Shown here: one piece after another, positions 14,366 to 23,330 of the stretch
Numbering within the stretch: the stretch's first letter is position 1
Layout: every line of letters starts with the position of its first letter
Assembly: GCF_000010625.1 (NCBI RefSeq)
Contig: NC_010296.1
Location: 3,450,001 to 3,482,000, forward strand
From: Microcystis aeruginosa NIES-843
GTDB taxonomy: Bacteria; Cyanobacteriota; Cyanobacteriia; Cyanobacteriales; Microcystaceae
DNA length: 32,000 bases
Direction: 5' to 3'
The notes under the pieces: model-generated
What the model was told of the DNA's origin: nothing
Databases searched by the model: none
Seen by the model: only the letters and a program-made list of their open reading frames with translations
Made by a program: the position numbers and the translations under genes

Positions 14366-15547
14366 ATGCTCTCCGAGATTAAAAACATAGCCGAGAGTCT
14401 CGCACCCCGATTAGTGGAGATTCGCCGCCACATTCACGCGAATCCAGAGTTAAGTGGGCAAGAATATCAAACGGCCGCCTATATTGCCGGGGTTTTGTCT
14501 TCCTGTGGTCTATCGGTGCAGGAAGCGGTGGGAAAAACGGGAGTTAAGGGAGAATTGGCGGGAAAAGGCAGTGATCGAAGGATTTTAGCCATCCGCGCCG
14601 ATATGGATGCCCTACCGATCCAAGAAAGAACCGATTTAGACTTTGCTTCCCGCAAACCCGGGATTATGCACGCCTGCGGTCACGATGTTCATGCTACCGT
14701 CGGTTTAGGGGTGGCGATGGTGCTTTCCCGTCTCTCGGAACCTTTGCAGGGAAAAATACGCTTTCTCTTTCAACCAGCAGAGGAAATCGCCCAGGGGGCT
14801 AATTGGATGATCCGGGAGGGGGTGATGCGGGATGTCAGCGCCGTTTTGGGGCTGCACGTTTTCCCCTCGATTCCGGCCCGATCAATCGGGGTTCGTTACG
14901 GGGCCTTAACTGCAGCTGCCGACGATCTGGAGATTTTTATTCAAGGGGAATCCGGCCACGGGGCCCGGCCCCACGAGGCGATCGATGCTATCTGGATCGC
15001 CTCCCAAGTAATCACCACTTTGCAACAGGCAATTAGTCGGACTCAAAACCCTTTGCGTCCCATTGTCCTCACCATCGGGCAGATTAGCGGTGGTCGCGCC
15101 CCCAACGTCATCGCTGATCAGGTACGCATGGCGGGAACCGTGCGATCGCTGCACCCAGAAACCCACGCCCATCTCCCGGAATGGATCGAGAGTTTGGTCA
15201 CGAATGTCTGTAGCACATATAACGCTAAATGTCAAGTAAAATATCGCCGGGGCGTGCCATCGGTGCAAAATGACCAATTTTTAACCCGGTTAGTCGAAGA
15301 AGCTGGTTTAGAAGCTTGGGGAAGGGATCGGGTTTTAATTCTCTCGGAACCCTCCATGGGGGCCGAGGATTTTTCCCTTTATTTGCAACAGGCCCCGGGG
15401 ACAATGTTCCGTCTGGGAGTGGGTTCTCCTCACCTCCTCAATCCCCCCCTTCACCATCCGGAATTTTTAGTGGATGAGTCGGCAATTCTGACGGGAGTGA
15501 TTACTTTGGCCTACGCGGCCTATAAATATTGGCAACGGCAAGATTAA
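14366..15547 (+). CDS. M20-family amidohydrolase (N-acyl-amino acid amidohydrolase / hippurate hydrolase-like)
   Basis: 393 aa. Motifs RRHIHANPELSGQEYQT, MHACGHDVH, FQPAEE and GAEDFS. Confidence 0.85.
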   Translation: MLSEIKNIAESLAPRLVEIRRHIHANPELSGQEYQTAAYIAGVLSSCGLSVQEAVGKTGVKGELAGKGSDRRILAIRADMDALPIQERTDLDFASRKPGIMHACGHDVHATVGLGVAMVLSRLSEPLQGKIRFLFQPAEEIAQGANWMIREGVMRDVSAVLGLHVFPSIPARSIGVRYGALTAAADDLEIFIQGESGHGARPHEAIDAIWIASQVITTLQQAISRTQNPLRPIVLTIGQISGGRAPNVIADQVRMAGTVRSLHPETHAHLPEWIESLVTNVCSTYNAKCQVKYRRGVPSVQNDQFLTRLVEEAGLEAWGRDRVLILSEPSMGAEDFSLYLQQAPGTMFRLGVGSPHLLNPPLHHPEFLVDESAILTGVITLAYAAYKYWQRQD

Positions 15548-15594
15548 ACCGGTTTTTCAAGATAATTTTATGGAAATTTGGGAAGATTTAGAAC

Positions 15595-15659
15595 GTAGGT
15601 TGGGTTGAAGCATGAAACCCAACACCCGCATAGTTTACGCTACCGCTAACCCATCCTAC
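15595..15659. mobile_element. 65-bp palindromic mini-element with GTAGGTTGGGTT / AACCCATCCTAC ends
   Basis: Imperfect terminal inverted repeat (11 of 14 by eye) and internal hairpin GTTGGGTT...AACCCAAC. Lies inside the insertion bracketed by a 48-bp duplication. Confidence 0.45.
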
Positions 15660-15682
15660 AAATAATTGTGCCTCCCTACTTA

Positions 15683-15894
15683 GGGTTTGCTGAAAAAGCT
15701 TTTCCTGGGGGCAGGGTGTGGGGTGTGGGGTGTGGGGTGTGGGGTTTTACCAGTTTTGAGGTGGTCAACTACCTAATTTTCAGGGAAAAAGTACCTGAAT
15801 TTTCCCCCGATCCCCGCAATGGCTGGCACTTTTTGAGGGGAAAAAAGTCCAAAAGTCTTATCCAACAAGGTTTTTAGATTTATTCAGCAGACCC
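15683..15894 (+). mobile_element. 212-bp MITE, second copy, TACTTA target duplication
   Basis: TACTTA at 15677-15682 and 15895-15900. Sequence reads identical to 6249-6460. The 69-aa track ORF inside it is an artefact. Confidence 0.9.
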
Positions 15895-15923
15895 TACTTA
15901 AACCAGTTTTTCAAGATAATTTT

Positions 15924-16388
15924 ATGGAAATTTGGCAAGATTTAGCTATTATAGCTTGGACGGAATTGCTGCTGGATAATTATGAACGATTAATCGGGCG
16001 ATCGCTTTTACCCCGGATCGGTACTGGCAAAGAACAGAGTAAAATGCTCTTTTATGCCCCTTTTGTGCTAGTTTCCCACGGTACACAAACTAATCCGATC
16101 TTCAATTATGGTAATCGCGGTGCCCTCGATCTCTGGGGTTTAACTTGGCCAGAATTATTAACAACTCCTTCGCGAGCGACGGTAGAGGGGGAGGAAATCG
16201 CCCAAGAACGCCAAAAAATGCTGGATTTAGTCAAAAAACAGGGCTATATCAACGATTATCACGGGGTAAGGATCACGAAAAATGGTCAACTATTTCGCAT
16301 CGAAAAAGCGATCGTTTGGAATATCATCGATCGTGATGGCATTTACTGCGGACAGGCTGCCACTTTTGCCGATTGGATTTTTCTCTGA
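15924..16388 (+). CDS. MEKHLA (PAS-like) domain protein
   Basis: 154 aa. [56 protein letters not shown] and [27 protein letters not shown] match the MEKHLA family pattern. Confidence 0.75.
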   Translation: MEIWQDLAIIAWTELLLDNYERLIGRSLLPRIGTGKEQSKMLFYAPFVLVSHGTQTNPIFNYGNRGALDLWGLTWPELLTTPSRATVEGEEIAQERQKMLDLVKKQGYINDYHGVRITKNGQLFRIEKAIVWNIIDRDGIYCGQAATFADWIFL

Positions 16389-16416
16389 TTTAAGCTGTAC
16401 TGCCTTTAAACTCCGT

Positions 16417-16500
16417 CCCCACTTCCCCACTTCCCTCTCCCCGCTTCCCTCTCCCCACACCCCACACCCCACACCCCACACCCCACACCCCACACCCCCA
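16417..16500. repeat. C-rich tract: CCCCACTTCCC-type units followed by (CCCCACA)x6
   Basis: Read directly. (CCCCACA)x6 at 16453-16494, 16 nt upstream of the pyrF ATG. Confidence 0.9.
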
Positions 16501-16515
16501 CTGTATCGCCCCAAT

Positions 16516-17217
16516 ATGACCAACTCAGACCGAATTATTGTTCCTCTCGATGTGCCGGATTTAGAATCAGCGATCGCACTGCTTGATCTGTTGCCGGAAG
16601 TCAATTTTTGGAAAGTGGGACTAGAATTATTTGTCAGTAGCGGTGCAGAAATTCTAGGGATTCTGCAAGAAAGACAAAAAAAGAGCTTTCTCGATTTAAA
16701 ATTTCATGATATTCCCAATACGGTCGCTGGGGCCTGTCGTTCAGCTAGTCGCTATCAAGTGGATTTACTCACCCTGCACGCTACGGCCGGACGGCAAGCA
16801 CTGACGGCGGCTAAGGGGGCAATCTCTGACCTGCTATCGCCGCCAAAACTTCTCGCTATCACCGTTTTAACCAGCCTTAACGCCCGCGAATTAGCCCTCG
16901 ACCTCAAAATTCCCCTAGAACTATCGGAATATGCCTTAAATCTGGCATTATTGGGCAAGGAATCGGGAATTGATGGGGCGGTTTGTTCTCCCCAAGAAGT
17001 GGCGCAATTGCGTCGCGTCTGTGGAGAGGATTTTCTCTTAGTTTGCCCCGGAGTTCGTCCCTCCTGGTCAAGCAAAGGGGATCAAAGTCGGGTGATGACT
17101 CCGGCCCAAGCGCTTAAAGCTGGGGCTGATTATCTAGTAATTGGACGACCGATCACCGGTGCCGAGGAGCCAAAGGTAGCATGGGCAAAAATTTGTCAAG
17201 AATTAGCCGATATTTAG
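16516..17217 (+). CDS. pyrF: Orotidine 5'-phosphate decarboxylase
   Basis: Starts at [13 protein letters not shown]. Motifs [17 protein letters not shown] and [10 protein letters not shown]. The longer track ORF (16282) reads through the C-rich repeat and overlaps the previous gene. Confidence 0.9.
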   Translation: MTNSDRIIVPLDVPDLESAIALLDLLPEVNFWKVGLELFVSSGAEILGILQERQKKSFLDLKFHDIPNTVAGACRSASRYQVDLLTLHATAGRQALTAAKGAISDLLSPPKLLAITVLTSLNARELALDLKIPLELSEYALNLALLGKESGIDGAVCSPQEVAQLRRVCGEDFLLVCPGVRPSWSSKGDQSRVMTPAQALKAGADYLVIGRPITGAEEPKVAWAKICQELADI

Positions 17218-17717
17218 CTGTATTACTGGTTATTTTCGGGATTAACTTGCCAGCAGTTAGTCGTCCTCTTTCTAGCTGTCCGGAGGATTTAAATCTTTTA
17301 GTCGATCGCCTCTTGTCAGATTTACCCAGTTATGCTAATCGAGTTATTACCCGCTCCCAAATCGACCAAAAATTATCTACACCGGTTTTTGTGATTATTG
17401 CCGGTCGTCCTGAATTTGCACCCCTACCTTTAACTGCTAGTCAATATTCCGGTCAAATTGCCGATGACACTCAACAGGTTTTTTTTACGACTTTAGAGCG
17501 TCAGTATGGCAAAAATCGCTCTGTCACTCTCCAGAATTATCACTGGTTATTTTTAACTAAAACTGGGGAAGGATGGCGATTAGTGACGGTTTACAGTCAA
17601 TTAGCTGCCCTTGAACCCGCTCAAGTCCCCTTACCTCCCCTAGAAACCAGTCAAGGCACCATCGGCCAAGCGGTGCGTCTCTGGCTGCGGGACTGCGAAG
17701 CGGGGACATTGCGCTAA
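17181..17717 (+). CDS. Hypothetical secreted/lipoprotein-like protein
   Basis: 178-aa ORF with an N-terminal hydrophobic segment [15 protein letters not shown] followed by a Cys. Codon usage resembles neighbouring core genes. Start codon uncertain. Confidence 0.5.
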   Translation: MGKNLSRISRYLAVLLVIFGINLPAVSRPLSSCPEDLNLLVDRLLSDLPSYANRVITRSQIDQKLSTPVFVIIAGRPEFAPLPLTASQYSGQIADDTQQVFFTTLERQYGKNRSVTLQNYHWLFLTKTGEGWRLVTVYSQLAALEPAQVPLPPLETSQGTIGQAVRLWLRDCEAGTLR

Positions 17718-18598
17718 ATTCGCTCGGCCAAAACAAAGCGATCGAAACCTGCTAGGTCGTTAATAATCTGAATTTGTCGATAATTTCCCTGATTTTCCAG
17801 CATTTGCGCTACTTTTTCCCCTTGACCGGCTCTCATTTCCACTAGCCAAAGGCCTCCCGATCGCAGATAATCGGGAGCAGTGGCCACTAGATAGCGCAGC
17901 GCGGTCAATCCGTCTTCACCTCCATCGAGGGCCAAACGGGGTTCATGTTCCCGCACTTCAATTTGTAAGTCAAGGATTTCTGCACTGGGAATATAGGGAG
18001 GATTGGACAGCATACCGCTAATCTGTCCTTGCCACTTCTCTAGGGGGGTCCACCAAGAACCCTGTTTTAAGATAATTCTGTCGGCAAAACCGGTATTGAT
18101 GATATTTTCTTTGGCGATCGCTAAAGCCGTTTGACTGTAATCAATAGCATATATTTCTGCTTTTGTCAAGATACTGGCTAAACCAATAGCGATCGCGCCG
18201 CTACCGGTTCCCAGATCTACCCAGATTCCCCCGTCGTCTCCTCTGACGGTTTCTCCAACAATATCGATTAATAACTCGGTTTCGGGACGAGGAATTAAGA
18301 CTTCTGGGGAGACTTTGAGGGTAAAATTACGCCAGACCACCGATTCGAGCAAATACTGTAAAGGAACCCTTGATTGCAGGCGTTTTTGCCAGCGTTTAGT
18401 AATTTCCGACCAAGAATAACTCAAGGGGATTTTTTCTCGTTCGCGAAAGGATTGTAAGCGCAGGGAAAGAGTATCTAAATCTGTCACTGCTTGCAGAAAG
18501 ATATCCACTTCTTTCGGAGATAGTTGCGCTTGCTCTAAATCGGCGATCGCCTGTTGTCGCCATTGACTTAATTCTTGACCGGAAATACTAGCAGACAC
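17714..18598 (-). CDS. prmC: Peptide chain release factor N5-glutamine methyltransferase
   Basis: 294 aa. SAM-binding VDLGTGSGAIAI and the catalytic NPPY motif (SNPPYIPS). Confidence 0.9.
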   Translation of the reverse strand: MSASISGQELSQWRQQAIADLEQAQLSPKEVDIFLQAVTDLDTLSLRLQSFREREKIPLSYSWSEITKRWQKRLQSRVPLQYLLESVVWRNFTLKVSPEVLIPRPETELLIDIVGETVRGDDGGIWVDLGTGSGAIAIGLASILTKAEIYAIDYSQTALAIAKENIINTGFADRIILKQGSWWTPLEKWQGQISGMLSNPPYIPSAEILDLQIEVREHEPRLALDGGEDGLTALRYLVATAPDYLRSGGLWLVEMRAGQGEKVAQMLENQGNYRQIQIINDLAGFDRFVLAERI

Positions 18599-18603
18599 AA
18601 GAC

Positions 18604-19404
18604 TTAACGATTGGGGGCGGGGGGATTATTGGTATTATTATTAGGGCGTGGCTGATTTGCCGGGGGTTGGTTGGGAGCCTTTTGGTTGCTATTTGCCCGA
18701 ATGAAATCAATCGTTTCTTGGCTAGGATAGAGGAGAATTTTAGTTAAAGCTTCATCGTTGCTTTGTTGTAGGGTGGCGATGACATTTTCTAAGGGAATAA
18801 CATCAATTTTCACCGTGGCCGCTTCTGCGGGATTAGCTTTTTTATATTGTTCTACCATTTGCAAAGCGGCGGCCTTTTCAAAGAAGAAAGGAATCAAATC
18901 CTGATTATTGCGACTGATCACCAGAAAATTACTCTCTTTTCCTGCTTTCGGCACAAATAAAGGTACACCACCTTGATATTGTTGACCTCTTTCACTGAGC
19001 AGTTTTTTCGCTGATTCTACTTCCGACTCTTTGGGAACAAAATCGATAATTAGACGATTTTGATCGGTTTGACTGGTTTGCATTTTATAGACCTGTGCCA
19101 AAGAAACAGGCTGAACTTTAACTTTGCTGGCCACTTCAGGATTCTCTTTTTTCAGTCGTTCAAAAAAGTTTTGTGCGTCCTGCCGACTGATAAAAACTCC
19201 CGTGAATTTCTGTTCTTTTTCTCCCACGGCAATTAGGGGAACTCCTTGATCATCGGCAATAGCGAAGACAGGTACAGACTGCAAGGTTCTGACGATTTGT
19301 TCTTCTGGTAAAGCGAGTGCTTTAGAATAGCTGCCCAGCAGCGAAGTCAACATTGTCGTTCCTACTAAACCAAGAGTTGCTGTCCAACGAATGAGAGATT
19401 TCAT
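18604..19404 (-). CDS. Tic22-like periplasmic protein
   Basis: Signal peptide MKSLIRWTATLGLVGTTMLTSLLGSYSKALA; GAGG lies upstream of this ATG, and the track ORF extends to 19437. Two repeated VPVFAI.../VPLFVP... halves. P/N/Q-rich C-terminal tail. Confidence 0.55.
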   Translation of the reverse strand: MKSLIRWTATLGLVGTTMLTSLLGSYSKALALPEEQIVRTLQSVPVFAIADDQGVPLIAVGEKEQKFTGVFISRQDAQNFFERLKKENPEVASKVKVQPVSLAQVYKMQTSQTDQNRLIIDFVPKESEVESAKKLLSERGQQYQGGVPLFVPKAGKESNFLVISRNNQDLIPFFFEKAAALQMVEQYKKANPAEAATVKIDVIPLENVIATLQQSNDEALTKILLYPSQETIDFIRANSNQKAPNQPPANQPRPNNNTNNPPAPNR

Positions 19405-19791
19405 CAAAATAATTACCTCGTTATTACTATTAACCAATATTTGCCGTTAATCTGAACTATATAGTCTATTTGACTCCTGCGATCAGGAGTTTTTTGATGA
19501 ATAACAAGCCCCGAAAGTTCCCTTTATTGGCTTGCTTCTGAACCATCATAGCTAAAAAGCTCCATATTTGGTGAGATGTGGTCGCAGCGGCGGCCAGGAA
19601 ATAGGGGCAATTTACGGACTGATCTAGGGAATAATAGGGATTAATTGGATTTTTTAAGCTATATTTTCAAAAAAATCGCTTTAGCTACGGTTTAAGCTTG
19701 CTTTTGCCTTAATAAGCACCAACTTGAGATCAAAAGGCATCCTCTTGTCTGAATCAGTTAGTCAACTGGCTACCCCTTGATCTTGGCACTG

Positions 19792-20226
19792 CTAATGACT
19801 TTCTGAGAAATCGCGCGGATGGGCGATCGCTAACCGCAGCCATTGATAGGAAACTAGATTTAAAATCAGTCCGATGATCAATAAAATTGCCATGAGAGCG
19901 ATTTGATACCAGGCGATCGGTCTGACCAGAAGATCGGCGATCAGATGGGCTAAATTCAAGACAGAATAGAGAATTGTCAGCCAGAAATGGGTCTTTCTCA
20001 AGGAGCGACTTTCGCTAAAATTGACCCCGATAATCGCTAACATTGGCAGCAAAAAAAAGAGCAACATTCCCCAGAAAATCGGATCGAGATTGCTGGTTTG
20101 ATGACTCTCGACGATCGATTGACCATGGAAGAGCGGCATTAAACCCAGTTGGGTGTGAAATAGAGTTCCCAAGAGGAATGTTGTCCAGAGAGCGGCAATT
20201 TTTTCGGGATATTTCGCTGTTTTCAC
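19792..20226 (-). CDS. Hypothetical integral membrane protein (about 4 TM helices)
   Basis: 144-aa ORF dominated by four hydrophobic stretches. No motif recognised. Confidence 0.5.
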   Translation of the reverse strand: MKTAKYPEKIAALWTTFLLGTLFHTQLGLMPLFHGQSIVESHQTSNLDPIFWGMLLFFLLPMLAIIGVNFSESRSLRKTHFWLTILYSVLNLAHLIADLLVRPIAWYQIALMAILLIIGLILNLVSYQWLRLAIAHPRDFSESH

Positions 20227-20440
20227 GGTAATTATCCTCTTAATCGGTTAGTATAAAAGGTCGGGCTAGGTGAGAAAGTATTCTTAAATTTTTCCTAGTC
20301 ACTTATCTATACATTCTAAAAAAAGTTTCTGTATTTAAAATTACTTTTTACAAAAAAACACAAAATAGTTTTTACTGCTGATCAGCCGTGGAGAAAGGCC
20401 GCTGCTATAGTGGTAAATTTAGCTAATTCTCAATCTAAAA

Positions 20441-21508
20441 ATGTTTATGACCACAACCACTTGCGAGAGTAACTCGATCTATCCCGTGCGTTGGCAAGAT
20501 AATAAAGTCTGGCTGATCGATCAAACCCGTTTACCCATGGAGTATGGGGAAGTTGAGATCACCAGCAGTGAAGCCATGGCCCGGGCGATCGAAACGATGA
20601 TTGTCCGCGGCGCTCCGGCGATCGGGGTGGCGGCTGCATACGGTATGGTTTTAGGAGCGCAGGAAATTACCACCGACCAGAAAGAGCAATTTCTGGCTGA
20701 TTTAACTAGAATAGCCGATCGATTAGCCCAAACCCGGCCGACGGCGGTGAATTTATTCTGGGCGATCGAGCGAATGTTAAAAGTGGCCAGGGAAAGTGGC
20801 CCAGAAGTGGCAGTAATTACCAAAAATCTCCTTGAAACTGCCCAAAATATCCAAAAAGAAGACGTGGAAACCTGTCGGGCGATCGGTAATCATGGTTTAT
20901 TGGCGCTGCCGGAGCAACCAGAAAAACTGACAATTTTAACCCACTGTAATACTGGTTCCCTGGCCACGGCCGGTTATGGTACTGCTTTAGGGGTAATTCG
21001 TTCCGCTTGGACAGCAGGGAGATTAATACAAGTGTATGCAGACGAAACCCGGCCGCGGCTGCAAGGGGCAAAATTAACCGCCTGGGAATGTCTGCGGGAG
21101 GGAATTCCCGTCACCGTGATCACCGATAGCATGGCGGCCCACTGTATGCAGCAAAAACTGATCGATGCGGTGATCGTTGGGGCCGATCGCATTGCGGCCA
21201 ATGGGGACACGGCTAACAAAATCGGCACCTATTCCCTTGCGGTGGTGGCAAAAGCTCATAATCTGCCTTTTTATGTGGCCGCGCCGCTATCGACGGTGGA
21301 TTTTTCCCTTAAGGATGGTACGGGGATACCGATCGAACAGCGCGATCGTGCCGAAATTTATCAGGTGGGGACAACTACCCTTTGCCCTAGAGATGTTAAC
21401 TTTTATAACCCCGCTTTCGATGTTACTCCCGCCGCTTTAATCACCGCTATCATCACGGAAAAAGGAGCGGTAACACCGGCTGAATTAATTTTTTTACAGG
21501 ATTCCTAG
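20441..21508 (+). CDS. mtnA: S-methyl-5-thioribose-1-phosphate isomerase
   Basis: 355 aa. Motifs [44 protein letters not shown] and AFDVTPA of the eIF2B-like MtnA family. Confidence 0.9.
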
Positions 21509-21762
21509 GGGTGAGCTTTTTCCCTACTGACACCATTTTTATTTGTTTATATCCATTGGCACAGTGGGGAAAAATTCCGCCTCAATCCCATTGGAGGTGA
21601 CGGCCAAGGGCGAAAAATAGACAAAAACTCCCTCTATCCATAAACTAAAGGACTAGAGTAATTTGGCTCTTCTGGTTTCTGTGTGGAGGGAAGAAGAATA
21701 GGGATAATTTTATAGAAATATAGTCTTCAAAGCCTTGCCTAGCAAGACTCCTACGAATGATA

Positions 21763-22712
21763 TAGTTATTTCAAATAAGAACGAGACACTAGGCGACACA
21801 ATAAGTACGAATAATTTCATCAAGGGGTGTCCCCACAGGAGCATACATTCTTGCCCTCTTTAATGCACTAAAATCATGTTCGATATCATTTAAATCAGGA
21901 GAGTATTTTGGCAAAAACACGACCTGATGACCTGCTTCCTCTACCAGTTGTTTAATGACTGTCTTCCGATGAATTGGTGCATTATCCATAATTAATACTG
22001 ATGTTATGGTTAGAGAGGGCAACAAATATAAAGATAACCACCCTTCAAAACCTTCGGCATTCAGGCTTCTCGTAAATACCATCGGTGCAATAAAGTCTTT
22101 TTTTCCCTTTCTTCTACCAGCGACAAGGTTCTCTCTTTTTCCTCGTTTTCCTTGTCTATCTCCAAAGACTTTCTTCCCTTTTTTTGACCAAGCATAAAAA
22201 CAGGCTTGAAATTCTTCAAACCCTGACTCATCAATAAATACAAGGCTTTCACTTCCATATATTTTAATCAATTCTCTCAGCACTCTGTAGTATTTCATTC
22301 TTTCTTCTCGGTTTCTTTCTCTATAACGAAGTTCCTTCTTTTTTCTGGTAACTTTCATGTTTTTTAAGGCATAGCAAATGGCACTTGGTCTCACTCCAAA
22401 TTTCTCGGCTCTGTCTCTTAATCTTGCCTCGGGATTTTCTTGGACATCTTTTGACAGTGCTTTCCAGTCCAGCTTTCTCTGACGGTGTTTTACCTTTGTT
22501 GCTTCCAGTTTTTCCCTACCTAGCCATCTATATATCGTCGCTCTTCCTATATTAAATAGAGCGGCGGCTTTGGTTATGCTTCCCCCATTCTCTACATAAT
22601 CGATTACTTTTTTTCTCAAGTCTAGGCTATAAGACATTTTTCTGTATGGGTTGCTCGTTTCTCTTGATTTTACCTTATTTTTCCCTCGTCTCACACTTAT
22701 TTGAAATGACTA
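21763..22712 (-). mobile_element. IS630-family insertion sequence (about 950 bp)
   Basis: About 27-bp terminal inverted repeats TAGTTATTTCAAATAAG...GAGAC / GTCTC...CTTATTTGAAATGACTA. Flanking TA/TA duplication. Confidence 0.85.
21789..22637 (-). CDS. IS630-family (Tc1/mariner-like) DDE transposase
   Basis: Start taken at MSYSLDLRKKVIDYV (HTH). DDE region VFIDESGF...IMDNAPIHR...LPKYSPDLNDIEHDF. The track ORF extends to 22694. Confidence 0.85.
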   Translation of the reverse strand: MSYSLDLRKKVIDYVENGGSITKAAALFNIGRATIYRWLGREKLEATKVKHRQRKLDWKALSKDVQENPEARLRDRAEKFGVRPSAICYALKNMKVTRKKKELRYRERNREERMKYYRVLRELIKIYGSESLVFIDESGFEEFQACFYAWSKKGKKVFGDRQGKRGKRENLVAGRRKGKKDFIAPMVFTRSLNAEGFEGWLSLYLLPSLTITSVLIMDNAPIHRKTVIKQLVEEAGHQVVFLPKYSPDLNDIEHDFSALKRARMYAPVGTPLDEIIRTYCVA

Positions 22713-23078
22713 TAATCAGTGCTTATCACACAAAGTAGAGAAGAGCCGTAATTTTGAGAAACTATCTAGTTATCAATAGAATAGTTTGAATTAATTATTG
22801 ATTACTTAAATCAAGAAACCATAAATTATTTATTAGTTTTAGAACCTTTTTTTGTTAATATAGGCTAAAAAATTAATTAAACCAGAGCTTGGTTCTATTC
22901 TATGAAAATCCAAGCAGCTCAAAGATGTATTCTTCTTAAAATTATCTTGGCTCTTCTCGACTTTGTGTAATAATTTTTGCCGATCAAATTCTGAAATGTT
23001 TACTGGGAAAGACTTTTAGGGCTATTTTGGTGAATAAATCAACTATCAGTATAGGCCTCGTTTCCACACAGAAACCAG

Positions 23079-23209
23079 GGCTCTTCTCGTTTCTGTGTGG
23101 GAGTAAGAAGAATAGGGATAATTTTCCAGAAATATAGTCTTCAAAGCCTTGCCTAGCAAGACTCCTACGAATGATAAGCACTGATTATCACACCAAGTCG
23201 AGAAGAGCC
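23079..23209. mobile_element. Intact 131-bp MITE with GGCTCTTCTCG / CGAGAAGAGCC ends
   Basis: Perfect 11-bp TIR. Serves as the uninterrupted reference for the IS630-disrupted copy. A solo end also occurs at 22949-22973. Confidence 0.8.
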
Positions 23210-23330
23210 AAACCAGAAAAGCCAAATCCTTGCATAATCGAGATTTGTATGATATTATAAAGAAATAATTAAAGCAGAAAATTCTGGTTAATTTGGGTAG
23301 ATTTGAGTATATTTTAGGGGAGGCTAAGTA

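Larger units (their letters stand above)
21665..22747. mobile_element. 131-bp-type MITE (TIR GGCTCTTCT.G...C.AGAAGAGCC) disrupted by an IS630 insertion
   Basis: 21665-21762 and 22713-22747 together match the intact copy at 23079-23209. The interruption is exactly at a TA. Confidence 0.8.

Noticed and set aside
15668-15877. 69-aa plus-strand ORF
   Set aside because: It lies almost entirely inside the 212-bp MITE (identical sequence at 6249-6460) and includes translation of the GGGGTGT repeat.
16282-16515. 5' extension of the pyrF ORF (311-aa version) and the antisense 104-aa ORF 16290-16604
   Set aside because: The extension overlaps the MEKHLA gene and translates the CCCCACA repeat (PHTPHPTPH...). 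The conserved PyrF sequence starts at the ATG at 16516.
20521-21440. Several 60-100-aa ORFs on both strands within mtnA (similar cases occur within pfkA, prk and the amidohydrolase)
   Set aside because: They are shadow ORFs inside well-supported, GC-richer housekeeping genes.
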